NCBI RefSeq assembly: GCF_039654945.1
Contig: NW_027361696.1
Coordinates: forward strand, 86,862,001-86,926,000
From: Dendrobates tinctorius
Taxonomy: Eukaryota
DNA: 64,000 bases
Direction of reading: 5' to 3'
In this document: one piece after another, positions 12,557 to 25,522 of the stretch
Layout: every line of letters starts with the position of its first letter
Position numbering within the stretch: position 1 is the stretch's first letter
Notes under the pieces: generated by a model
Database searches by the model: none
Told to the model about the DNA's origin: nothing
The model's input: only the letters and a program-made list of their open reading frames with translations
Translations under genes and position numbers: made by a program

Positions 12557-13309
12557 TTTGTCACTGTTCCCTAGGTGCCCATCGACTCGTACATCTGTTA
12601 TTCTATCTGGCCTGTTGCTTAAAATTAAGTCCAGAAGGGCTGTCCCTGTAGTTGGGCCCTGCACAGGTTGTGACAGATAATTATCCTTGGTCACTGACAG
12701 AAATTGGTTTCCTTTCTGAGATACGCAGGTTTCCGTTTCCCAGTCAATGTCGGGGTAGTTGAAGTCCCCCATAATAATCACCTCATTGTGATTTGCTGCT
12801 TTGTCTATTTGCTTCAATAATACATTTTCAGTGGCTTCTGTTATATTTGGTGGCTTATAACAAACCCCTATGAGGATTTTATTACTTTTCCCTCCTTGTA
12901 TCTCCACCCATAGAGACTCCACCTCTTCATTTCCCTCTTGTATATCTTCTCTTAGTGTGGGCTTTAAAGTGGACTTTATATATAGACAGACTCCACCCAC
13001 TTTCCTTTTTTTACGATCCCTCCTAAACAAATCATATCCTTGCAAGTTAGCCGCCCAGTCATAGCTGTCGTCTAACCATGTCTCAGTTATTCCTACTATG
13101 TCATATTTTTCCTCATACATTACCAACTCCAGATCTTCAATCTTATTGGTCAGGCTTCTTGCGTTGGTCAGCATGCATGAATGAAGTTTTGCTTCCTTTT
13201 TCTTAGCTTCCTTCTGAGTACTCTGTCTTGGGTCCTCTTTACCACATCTAGTATCCTTAATTAGTTTGTCCTTCTGCTGCATGTTCTTGTCTGCTGTTTT
13301 TCCTCTCAT
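12557..13309 (-). pseudogene. CR1 ORF2 APE endonuclease domain
   Basis: TNARSL, DIVGITETWL, YKPP, MGDFNYPDIDW, LDLILSN, LGNSD. Confidence 0.92.
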
Positions 13310-13320
13310 CCCCTCTTCTT

Positions 13321-13810
13321 CTAGTTTAAAGCCCTCCTGATGAGTGTGGCAAGTCTTCTGGCGAATGTGTGTTTCCCAGGTTTTGTGAGGTGTATCCCAT
13401 CTCTTGCGAGAAGTCCATCATACAGGTAATTCACGCCATGGTCCAAGAATCCAAATCCTTGCTGCCTGCACCACCATCGTAGCCAGTTGTTCACCTCTAG
13501 TATCCTATTCCATCTTCTGATGCCATGACCATCGACTGGGAGGATTGATGAGAAAACAACCTGTACGTTCCGTTCCTTTATTTTCTTCCCCAGAATTTCA
13601 AAGTCTTCGCAGATAGTTGGTAGGTCATTTCTTACCATGTCATTTGTGCCTACATGTATCAGTAGGAAAGGGTAGTCGTCCTTGGATTTGAGGATAGTTG
13701 GTATCCTGTTGGCCACATCCTTGATTTTTGCTCCTGGGAGGCAGCATACTTTTCATGCGGTTATGTCTGGCCTGCAGATAATTGCCTCCGTGCCTTTTAG
13801 TAGTGAGTCT
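13321..13810 (-). pseudogene. CR1 ORF1 SGNH-esterase domain
   Basis: DSLLKG, CCLPGAKIKD, LIHVGTND, DGIHLT, ending RRALN. Confidence 0.88.
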
Positions 13811-15888
13811 GGTTCAGAAATTCTTGTCGAGATAGCAAGGAACTCATGGAGTAGGTCCTTGAGGATGACATATTGTAAGAAAGCAGGAGTAGAAGATTGA
13901 AATCTTTTCTTGAGTTTGTTGTAAGGTGTACAAATGGCGCCATCATATAAATCTTTGAGTTTTTTGAGCCCAAATTCAGACCAAATGGGGTCAATAGTCT
14001 GATAAGGTCAGATTTTTTAATGTGACTTCTTTGTTAATGACACTTTTTGGAGCAGAAAATTTTTTCCAGGCCTCAGAAATAGCTTGAAAAATCGGGTGAG
14101 AATTTTGATTACTTTTTTATGAAGGAGTTGGTTCAGAATTAGTAGATGAAGAGGTTTATAATTGTTGAAAAACAATTCTAGTTCATGCCAAGCTGGAGTC
14201 GATTCATGTGGCCACCAGTATGCGCTTTGTTTAACCAAATTTGCAGTGTAATATGCCGCAATATTTGGAGAACCAGCTCCACAATAAGATTTGTGGTTGT
14301 ATAGAATGTTTTTTGCTATTCTGGGTCTTTTGTTATCCCATATAAAGGAGTTCAATGAGGCTTGAAGATATGTAAGAGAAGAAGTGGGAATTTTTAAAGG
14401 AAGTGAACGGAGTAGATATAGGATTTTTGGAAAAATGTACGATTTGACCATCATGATTCCTCCCTACCAAGAGAGTCCACCATCTTTAGAAATACGGAAT
14501 TCGTTAATAATCTTTTTAGTAAGGAGCTCCAAGTTTATTTTTATTAGAGTCTATATTTTTGACAAATTTTAGGCCTAAGTATGTCAGCCCATCAGTAGCC
14601 CAACCCCAAGGGGAGAGGCCCTCAATTTCCTCTTGATCTACTCCCAGATTAAAGCCAAGTAGTTTTGATTTCGAGTTGTTTATTTTAAAATAAGAGATCC
14701 GTGAAAAAATCTTGAATAGGTTTTGTAAGGCAGTGATAGAGTCGCTTGGATTAGTGAGGGTAAGAATGATATTGTCTGCATACAAAGCGATTTTAAAATC
14801 TCTATGCAAGGTCTTAATTCCCAAGATCTCTCTATTGTCTCTGATTAGCTGTGCAAAAGGCTCAATAGCCAGTGCAAATAACAGTGGCGACAAGGGACAA
14901 CCTTGTCTCGTCCCGTTTGCTATTCTGAATGTAGAGGAAAGATGATTGTTAGAGTATACCCTCGCCCCAGGGCTGGAGTACAAAGCCATGATACCCCCCG
15001 TGAGCCGAGAATTCATTCCGAAGTGTTTGAGAGTCACTTCAAGATAAGAATAATTAAGGTGGCCGAACGCCTTCTCGGCATCAAGAGAGGTAACAGTAGC
15101 CTTAAGCTTTTTAGAGGAGATGATCTCGAGAATGTTGATGAGCCTCCTCGTTCCATCTATAGATTGCCTTTCTTTAATAAATCCAATTTGGTTGTTTGAT
15201 ATGAGACTCGGGAGGAATTGGTTTAGCCTATTAGCCAGGATTTTGGCGTAAATTTTGACATATGTATTGATGAGAGATATGGGCCTGTAATTAGAAACCT
15301 GGCTAGTGTCTGAATTGGATTTGGGGATGACAATAATTGCTGCCTCCAGCATCTCTTTAGGAAATTGACCTGATTGGAAAGCTGTATTAAATATTTTTAC
15401 AAGGTGAGGGGCTAATATATTATTAAAAGACTTGAAATAATCATTACTAAACCCGTCTGGACCGGGAGATTTGAATGTTTTGAGTTGATTTATAGTGTCC
15501 AGGACTTCTTTTTCAGTGAAGGGAGAAGACAGGCTAAATAAATCATTTGAATTGAGTTTTGGGAGATTCATGCTTGAAAGAAATGATTCAATTTCTGAGG
15601 CAGTTGGCTGAGTATTTGGGATGTCCTGATTAATATTATACAGAGTTTTGTAATAATCGGCAAAAGCCTCTACAATATCTTTAGGGTGAAACAAAGATGT
15701 GCCGTTAGAGGAAGTTATGTTATCAATTCTATTCTGCTTCCTGATATTTTTAATTCTGGTTGTCATGTCCTTAGAGGGACGATTTATGGAGAGGTAATGT
15801 TTACATTTAGCTGATTCTAAAGCAGAATCATAAAAATTGAATATGATTGTGCGCAATTGAAATCTGAGATTAGTAAGTTCTGATTGTA
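13811..15888 (-). pseudogene. L1 ORF2 reverse transcriptase region (frameshifted)
   Basis: KSPGPDGF, YRPISLIN, SLDAEKAF, GTRQGCPLSPLLF, YADN (decayed YADD), FIWDNKRPRI. Confidence 0.93.
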
Positions 15889-16107
15889 CAGTTGTGGCCA
15901 AAAGTATGGACACCCCTGCAATTCTGTCAGATAATACTCAGTTTCTTCCTGAAAATGATTGCAAACACAAATTCTTTGTTATTATTATCTTCATTTAATT
16001 TGTCTTAAATGAAAAAACACAAAAGAGAATGAAGCAAAAAGCAAAATATTGATCATTTCACACAAAACTCCAAAAATGGGCCAGACAAAAGTATTGGCAC
16101 CCTCAGC

Positions 16108-16844
<737 letters not shown>

Positions 16845-17544
16845 TAGAGTTGAGCGACTTTTGGTTTTCTAGGGTCGAGTTTCGTTTCGTGAAACCCGAC
16901 TTTTCCAAAAGTCGGGTCGAGCAAGATCGGCCGATTATAGGGAAAAGTCGGGGTCGTCCCGAAACACGAAACCCAATGTAAGTCAATGGGGAATAAAAGT
17001 CGGCAGTGAGAGGAGGACAGGAAACACACCTACAGTGCCCATTTGAATGCCAAAAGCATCAATTCTTCTTACTTAAGCTTGTCAACCTTAATTAACTTCA
17101 TAATACAAGTTACGCACTGAAAAATGGGGGTTATTTGGTTAAAGTTGTGGGGGGGTAGGGCTGGCTCCAGGTTTTCATGTGCCCTGGGCGAAAGAGCGCC
17201 CCTTTAACACATACCACAACTCATCATGCTCCGATACGGCAGAGAAATAGCGGTATAGTACAATGAAAAATACTTCACATGCCCTTACATGTCCGTGGCT
17301 GCATGTGCGCTACACTGTAAAGGCCAGCGTTTGTCGCTTACAGGTGCAGATAACCCGCTGAACAACGTTAGTGATGGGGATCACTGATTACAATTATTAC
17401 CCGCGAACGATGATTTCCCAGTAAGTGCAGGTCAACCGCAGTTCCGGAATTAGGCTTAACCGTCATTCCTGAAAAAATGAAAAACTTACGTGTGCAAACC
17501 ACAGGTGCTGTAGCTTGCTAAACAGCTCGCCAGCCGTTCTCACG

Positions 17545-18467
17545 CCCAGTATGGATTACACGTGATTGCACAAAGGTGAGAAAGGGTACCGTATCCCCGG
17601 ATAACATGTATGGATAGCGTACACATTCAAAATATATGTCAATACATCAGGAGGCAGGCTCATATGGTGTTAGGCCCAGTATGGCTTGCACGTGATTGCA
17701 CAAAGGTGAGAAAGGGTACCGTATCCCCGGATAACATGTATGGATAGCGTACACATTCAAAATATATGTCTATACATCAGGAGGCAGGCTCAGACGGTGT
17801 TAGGCCCAGTATGGCTTGCACGTGATTGCACAAAGGTGAGAAAGGGTACCGTATCCCCGGATAACATGTATGGATAGCGTACACATTCAAAATATATGTC
17901 TATACATCAGGAGGCAGGCTCAGACGGTGTTAGGCCCAGTATGGCTTGCACGTGATTGCACAAAGGTGAGAAAGGGTACCGTATCCCCGGATAACATGTA
18001 TGGATAGCATACACATTCAAAATATATGTCTATACATCAGGAGGCAGGCTCAGATGGTGTTAGGCCCAGTATGGATTGCACGTGATTGCACAAAGGTGAG
18101 AAAGGGTACCGTATCCCCGGATAACATGTATGGATAGCGTACACATTCAAAATATATGTCTATACATCAGGAGGCAGGCTCAGACGGTGTTAGGCCCAGT
18201 ATGGATTGCAAGTGATTGCACAAAGGTGAGAAAGGGTACCGTATACCCGGATAACATGTATGGATAGCGTACACATTCAAAATATATGTCTATACATCAG
18301 GAGGCAGGCTCAGACGGTGTTAGGCCCAGTATGGATTGCACGTGATTGCACAAAGGTTAGAAAGGGTACCGTATCCCCGGATAACATGTATGGATAGCGT
18401 ACAAATTCAAAATATATGTCTATACATCAGGAGACAGGCTCAGACGGTGTCAGGCACAGTATGGATT
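17545..18467. repeat. Tandem array, 130-bp unit, ~7 copies, 3' of the transposase
   Basis: CCCAGTATGG at 17545, 17675, 17805, 17935, 18065, 18195, 18325 and a variant at 18455. Confidence 0.97.
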
Positions 18468-18886
18468 TGACGGCCCAGACTACACAGCGGAGGAGCAGGG
18501 AGAGGTAAAGATTGCAAATGCTGGGGTCCTGCCCAAGCAAGGGGGTCCCACTCGTGGGCGTCGGTACTGGCACTGGGCCCCTCATAGTACGGCGGTGTGT
18601 CTGACGGCAGGTGTGCACCACCACCGTCAGAGACACTTGATTGCACTATGAGGGACCCTGTGCCAGTGCCCGCGCCCAAGAGTCGGCCTACCCACCTGTC
18701 CAGGGCAACGGCACTTGCACGGTGTCGTGCGCTAGGTGGTGACCCCGGCCATGGGGGGGGAGGCAGCACAGTTAGGGAGTTTTAGAAAGTGGCATATGTT
18801 GATGTTGGACATTCAGCTGATGCAAAAGGCGAAATAGGTCAAGTCCCAGGAAGAGGTGGACCAAAGCAAGCCATTTTTCTGTCACC

Positions 18887-21800
18887 CTATGTGTCATCAG
18901 GGGAAGGTGGGACAAAATCCTTGGAAACCCATGCATGGTTCATTTTAATGAAGGTTAGATCATCCACATTTTGGGTTGACAGACGGGTCCTTTTTTCTGT
19001 CAGGATTGATCCAGCTGCACTGAAGACTCTTTCCGATAGCACACTTGCAGCTGGGCAAGCGAGCTCCTGTAAGGCATATTGTGCCAATTCAGGCCAGGTG
19101 TCCAGTTTAGCGGCCCAATAGTCAAAGGGGAATGACCTGTGTGGGAGAACATCGATATGGGAGGAAAAGTAGTTTGTAACCATAGTTGACAACTGCTGTC
19201 TCCTGTCACTTTCCATCGATGCAGTATTACCAGTTGTGTGAGTGGTACTTGAAAAATTAGTCCACAACATTGTCATGAAACCCCTGTCTCCAACGCCACT
19301 TCTGCTGTGTGCACCATGAACACCTCTGCCAAGCTGCCCCCGTCCCGTACGGCTCGTGTGAGAACCATCACTGCTGCTGTGTGCCGGGAATGCCTCAAGC
19401 AACCGATTTACCAGAGTTGCTTGTTTATTAGCCAATATTAGGTCAAGGTTCTCCTGTGGCATGATGTTTTGTAATTTGCCTTTATAGCGTGGATCCAGGA
19501 TGCTGGCCAACCAGTAGTCGTCATCGTTCATCATTTTGGCAATGCGGGGGTCCCTTTTTAGGATCTGAAAGGCATAATCTGACATGTGGGCCAATGTTCC
19601 CGGTGTCAATGATGCACTGCGAGTGCTGGTTGGAGGAGCACTTTCTGGCAAATCCACATCCCTCCAGTCACGCACAAACCCTGTACCAGACCTTGCCACG
19701 CCAACATTTTAACTTGCCCCACGAGATGCATCCTCCTCCCCTAAGTAATCATCCCCATCATCATCCTCCTCCTCCTCTTCTTCCTCCACCTCGTCCAGGA
19801 GAGGTCCCTGAGCAGACAATGGCTGAATGTCATCAAGGATTCCCTCCTCCTCTTCCTCCTCATCAACATTGGCTGCAGACGCCTGCTCCTTAAGGTGCGT
19901 CAAAGTTTGCATGAGCAGACGCATAAGTGGGATGCTCATGCTTAGGATGGCGTCGTCTGGCCTTACCAGCCGTGTGCATTCCTCAAAACACTGAAGGACT
20001 TTACAGAGGTCTTTCAGCTTTGACCACTGCACACCTGTCAACTCCATGTCTGCTCTCAAAGTGCCTGGCCGTGTATCCTCCCACAAATGCAACATGGCCT
20101 GCCTCTGCTCGCACAGCCGCTCCACCATGTGCAGGGTGGAGTTCCACCTTGTTGCAATGTCGATAATGAGGCAGTGGTTGGGAAGGTGGAGCAATCGCTG
20201 CAGCTTCTGCATATGAACGGAGTGTACAGGCGACCGGCGGATGTGCGCGCACAGTCTTCGCACCTTCTGGAGCAGGGCTGTTAACTCCGGATAATTTTTG
20301 AGGATGCACTGCACCACCAGGTTCAAGGTGTGAGCCAAGCAAGGTATGTGGCTGAGTTTTGAAAGGGCTATGGCTGCCACAAAATTACGGCCGTTATCAC
20401 TAACTACCTTGCCTGCCTCAAGATGTACACTGCCCAGCCATGACTCAGTTTGTCGCTTCAAGTACTTGGCCAGCACCTCGGCGGTGTGTCTGTCGCCCAA
20501 ACACATCATCTGCAACACAGCCTGCTGACGCTTTCCACTAGCTGCTCAATAGGGGGACACCTCGTGTGCAACAGTGGCAGCTGCAGATGGACTGCTCGTA
20601 CGACTGCGCTCTGTGGACGAGCTTTCGCTTCTGGAGGAGGAGGAGGAGGGTCGAACGCCTACAGCCAACTGTTTCCTATACCGTGGGCTAGGCAGCACTG
20701 TCCCACCACCGCTGTCCCCTGTGGACCTTTGATCCACCACATTAACCCAGTGCACAGTGATGGACACGTAACGGCCCTGGCCATGCCGACTGGACCATGC
20801 ATCAGTTGTGAGGTGCACCTTTCCACTCACTGACTGCTTGAGTGCATGGACAATGCGGTCTTTTACATGATGGTGGAGGGTTGGGATGGCTTTGCGAGAG
20901 AAGTGGTGACTGGGTAGGTCATAGCGTGGTACTGCATAGGCCATGAGTTCGCGGAAAGCTGCGCTTTCCACCAACCGATAGGGCATCATCTCAAACGAGA
21001 TTAGTTTGGCAATGTGGGCGTTCAAACCCAGTGTACGCGGATGAGAGACTGAGTACTTTCTTGACCTACTCATAGTGTCTGGGAGGGTGAGCTGGACTTG
21101 AGAGCTGCATATGGTGGAAGTAGCGGTGGACAGGGCGGACTGAGAGAGGGTTGATGATGGTGATGGAGTTGGTGTTCTTTCTGATGGCCTAGATTCAGTA
21201 TTTCGTTGATATAACAGTGGGATTCCCTGACTGCTGTGGCCTTGCAACGACACCTCAACATTTGCTGCTGTGCTAACCGGTGGGCTTACAGTGGGGGAAA
21301 CAATGTAGCGTTGCTGACTACCTTCTTTGTGATCAGTTGCACATGTGGCACTTGAGGTTTGGTGTTGTGTCCACGCTTGCAAGTGCATGGTGGTTAAATG
21401 TCTAAGCATGCAACTGGTATTCAAATTTTTCAGATTTTTCCCTCGGCTAAAGGTCTTTGCGCACTTCTTACAGATAACCTTGGCCTAATCATGAGGATTT
21501 TGTTCAAAAAAGTGCCACACTGCACTCTTCCTACTTTGGCAGACATTTTGCGGCCTAGCACGCTGTGATCTTTTGACCCTCTGGACAAGCTGTCCAGCAA
21601 CTCTTTTGATTTTTGGAACCTGTATTTGGAGTGCTCCGGGCCTGCCAGATAACAGCTGTTGCGATGTCGATGTCTGCTGTGGATGCTCCTCATCTGAGCT
21701 ATTGGAAGCAGCACCCTCTTCCCCCAATGGATGCCAATCTGGGTCAACAACTGGGTCATCCATCACCTCCTCTTCAATGTCATGTGCACCTTCCTCTGTG

Positions 21801-22420
21801 TCACCGTGTATGGTGGTATAGTGTGCGGGAAGGGGCACCTGAGTCTCATCAGGGTCAGAATCTGGCTCTGTACACTGCGAGGACAATGTAGTGCTCTGAG
21901 TGGATGTACCAGCAGAATCATCTATCAGCGACTGTGCATCAGTGCACTCCATGTCAGATTCATCTTGGCCTGGGTATTTCACCATTTCACTTGATAATCC
22001 AGGCATGGTATGTGAAAACAGCTCCATGGAGTAATCAATAGTATGGCCTGCGTCATCCTTCAATCTTGGTTGGGGTGAAGGACACAAGGAAAGGTGTGGT
22101 TCATGAACATGAGCCTCCAATGACGACTCAGCGCTTTTACTTTTTACAACTTCAGAAGAGGAGGCGATAGAGCTGGAGGCTGAGTCAGCAATGTAAGACA
22201 AAACTTTTTCCTGATGCTCTGGCTTTAAAAGCGGTTTGCCAACTCCGAGAAAACTAAGCCTTCGAAGCCTTATGGAGCCAGACGATGACGCAGGCTCAAC
22301 ACCTCCTGCATTCGGTCCTATTTTGCTCTTGCCACTACCATCAGATCCACCACCAACACCATCATTACCAGCTGCCAACCCCCGCCCAATTCCACGGCCT
22401 CTTCCACCAGCCTTCCTCAT
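18887..22420 (-). pseudogene. hAT (Ac/ZBED-like) transposase, ~1177 codons in a single frame with three nonsense codons
   Basis: ORFs 21485-22561, 20546-21424, 19709-20518 and 18887-19699 share one frame. BED finger (SAVWHFF..CKKC..LRHLTTMH), LTTDAWS, VSDNG, CLAH, RWNS, LDPRYK, SERVFS. Confidence 0.93.
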
Positions 22421-22490
22421 TTTTTGTAGAAATGTAGACAAAATCCAACAAACTATATAGTAATGTAAAACAAGGTACAAGGTGTCTATA

Positions 22491-23498
22491 GGACAGGGGA
22501 GATTTTGAATTTCTGCACACACTTGTGGACACTGGACACTTATGGATTGTGTGAGGCCCACTGAATATCACAGCGCTATGTCACAGGCTCGATGGCACAG
22601 GTGTGAAAAAAGTGACTACAGGATAAGGGAGATTTTGAATTTCTGCACACACTAGTGGACACTGGACACTTTTGGATTGTGTGAGGCCCACTGAATATCA
22701 GAGCGCTATGTCACAGGCTTGATGGCACAGGTGTGAAAAAAGTGACTACAGGATCACAGAGATTTTGAATTTCTGCACACACTAGTGGACACTGGACACT
22801 TTTGGATTGTGTGAGGCCCACTGAATATCAGAGCGCTATGTCACAGGCTCGATGGCACAGGTGTTAAAAAAGTGACTACAGGATAAGGGAGATTTTGAAT
22901 TTCTGCACACACTAGTGGACACTGGACACTTTTGGATTGTGTGAGGCCCACTGAATATCAGAGCGCTATGTCACAGGCTCGATGGCACAGGTGTGAAAAA
23001 AGTGACTACAGGATAAGGGAGATTTTGAATTTCTGCACACACTAGTGGACACTGGACACTTTTGGATTGTGTGAGGCCCACTGAATATCAGAGCGCTATG
23101 TCACAGGCTCGATGGCACAGGTGTGAAAAAAGTGACTACAGGATCACAGAAATTTTGAATTTCTGCACACACTAGTGGACACTGGACACTTTTGGATTGT
23201 GTGAGGCCCACTGAATATCAGAGCGCTATGTCACAGGCTCGATGGCACAGGTGTGAAAAAAGTGACTACAGGATCACAGGGATTTTGAATTTCTGCACAC
23301 ACTTGTGGACACTGGACACTTATGGATTGTGTGAGGCCCACTGAATATCAGAGCGCTATGTCACAGGCTCAATGGCACAGGTGTGAAAAAAGTGACTACA
23401 GGATAAGGGAGATTTTGAATTTCTGCACACACTAGTGGACACTGGACACTTTTGGATTGTGTGAGGCCCACTGAATATCAGAGCGCTATGTCACAGGC
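22491..23498. repeat. Tandem array, 130-bp unit, ~7.8 copies, 5' of the transposase
   Basis: Unit starts at 22491, 22621, 22751, 22881, 23011, 23141, 23271, 23401. Confidence 0.97.
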
Positions 23499-23571
23499 AG
23501 AAATTGGCTAGTGTATCACAAACTACAAGGTGTATGTAGAATTGGGCAGAATAGGAATCTCCCTAGAGTGT

Positions 23572-24187
23572 AGGTCTGTAAGAACGGAACAAGTCCTCCA
23601 CTTATCCTTCCACAGTGACACACAGATAGCTTCACTGTGGCCGTGATAACAGCCATTACACGGTACTGAGAGGAGCGTGCACGTACACGGCTGTCCGGTG
23701 TACGTAAAATTGTCAAGCTCCGTGTTTTTTAAGTATACGGACTGACACACTCTGTCTCTCTATAGTTTTGAATGTGATCAAACAGCAAATATATTTAACT
23801 GTTTGAAAGCTAGACAAAAGTAGTAGGTGCAGGTCTGTAAGAACGGAACACGTCCTTGACTTATTCTCACAGAGTGACACACAGGTAGCTTCACTGTGGC
23901 CGTGATAACAGCCGTTACACGGTACTGAGAGGAGCGTGCACGTACATGGCTGTCCGGTGTACGTAAAATTGTCAAGCTCCGTGTTTTTTAAGTATACGGA
24001 CTGACACACGCTGTCTCTCTATAGTTTTGAATGTGATCAAACAGCAAATATATTTAACTGTTTGAAAGCTAGACAAAACTAGTAGGTGCAGGTCTGTAAG
24101 AACGGAACATGTCCTCGACTTATTCTCACAGAGTGACACACAGATAGCTTCACTGTGGCTGTGATAACAGCCGTTACACGGTACTGT
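23572..24187. repeat. Tandem array, 259-bp unit, ~2.4 copies
   Basis: AGGTCTGTAAGAACGGAACA at 23572, 23831, 24090. Confidence 0.95.
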
Positions 24188-24519
24188 GTGAGGAGCGTAC
24201 ACCGCTGTATGGTGTGAAAAAATGCACGCTCAGTACCTCAGCAGGACAAAAAAAAAATTGGGATTGCTTTTAAAAAAGCAGTTTGCAGAGCAGTGGGTAA
24301 ACAGCAATGCAGCTGTCAGGAAGCCTTAGAAGGCAGCCTAACAACCAACACCGCTGATCCACCACAATATAGCCTCCCCTTGCACTGCACACACAGTGAC
24401 TGGTGTGTTGTACAGGCAAAATCGCTAGCAGCAGAAGCAGTTTTTTTTTCTTCTTCCCTGCCTAACGCTCTCCCTACAGAATCAGCAGCAGCAACCTCTC
24501 CCTATGCTAAGATCGGCAG

Positions 24520-24672
24520 AAGTAAGATGGCGGTCGGCGTGCACGCCCTTTTATAACCCCTGTGACGCCCACCAAAGCAAGCCAATCACTTGCATGCCCT
24601 TCTGAAAGATGGTGGTGACCCCTGCCTATGTCATCACATTGCCCACAGTGTTCGTGGATCCTGATTGGCTGA
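24520..24672 (-). promoter_or_regulatory. Putative hAT transposase promoter
   Basis: CCAAT boxes (24582-24586, ~24665-24669), minus-strand TATAAAA (24549-24555), YY1-type CCGCCATCTT (24524-24533), oriented toward the ORF. Confidence 0.55.
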
Positions 24673-24838
24673 AAAAGAGCGCAAAACAAACTTTTGAAAC
24701 GCAACTTTGGCGCGTAAGTCGCCGACCTCGTGGCCGACCTCATCCTAGGGTCGAGTTTCATTTCATGAAACCCGACTTTGCCAAAAGTTGGCGACTTTTG
24801 AAATTTTACGACCCGTTTCGCTCAACTCTAGTTGGCAC

Positions 24839-25138
24839 TGTTGTACCCTCGGACTGCAGGGCAGCTTGAACTTGTTTGGATGTTAGTTGAGGTTCTTTAT
24901 CCAACATCCGCACAATCTTGTGTTGAAATCTCGTGTCAATTTTTCTTTTCCGTCGACATGTAGGGAGGTTAGCCACAGTGTCATGGGCTTTAAACTTCTT
25001 GATGACACTGCGCACGGTAGACACAGGAACATTCTGGTCTTTGGAGATGGACTTGTAGCCTTGAGATTGCTCATGCTTCCTCACAATTTGGTTTCTCAAG
25101 TCCTCAGACAGTTCTTTGGTCTTCTTTCTTTTCTCCAT
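24839..25138 (-). pseudogene. Tc1 transposase N-terminal DNA-binding region
   Basis: MEKRKKTKELSEDLRNQIV...QGYKSISK...STVRSVIKKF. Confidence 0.92.
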
Positions 25139-25522
25139 GCTCAATGTGGTACACACAAGGACATAGGACAGAGGTTGAGTCAACTTTAATCCATGTAAAC
25201 TGGCTGCAAGTGTGATTTAGTTATTGCCAACACCTGTTAGGTGCCACAGGTAAGTTACGGGTGCTGCTAATTACACAAATTAGAGAAGCATCACAATATT
25301 TTTCGAACAGTACCAATATTTTTGTCCACCCTCTTTTTCATGTTTTGTGTGGAATTATATCCAATTTGGCTTTAGGACAATTATTTTTGTGTTTTTTCAT
25401 TTAAGACAAATTAAATGAAGATAATAATACCAAAGAATTTGTGTTTGCAATCATTTTCAGGAAGAAACTGAGTATTATCTGACAGAATTGCAGAGGTGTC
25501 AATACTTTTGGCCACAACTGTA

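Larger units (their letters stand above)
11401..13810 (-). mobile_element. CR1 retrotransposon, 5'-truncated and internally deleted
   Basis: ORF1 esterase end, ORF2 EN and RT C-terminal half, 3' UTR with (CTATGTTA/TATG) tail at 11401-11423. Confidence 0.93.
16845..24830 (-). mobile_element. hAT transposon, structurally complete (7986 bp)
   Basis: 13-bp TIR TAGAGTTGAGCGA / TCGCTCAACTCTA; perfect 8-bp TSD GTTGGCAC at 16837-16844 and 24831-24838. Confidence 0.97.

Noticed and set aside
14516-15913. Intact 465-aa RT gene
   Set aside because: The start lies in the Tc1 TIR, the catalytic motif is YADN, and it is a fragment of L1 ORF2.
17545-18467. CRISPR-like array (also 22491-23498)
   Set aside because: Units are contiguous with no unique spacers, there are no cas genes, and the context is eukaryotic.
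18887-22561. Domesticated ZBED host gene or stop-codon readthrough
   Set aside because: TIRs and TSD are present, it sits inside a Tc1, and three different stop codons fit ordinary nonsense mutation.
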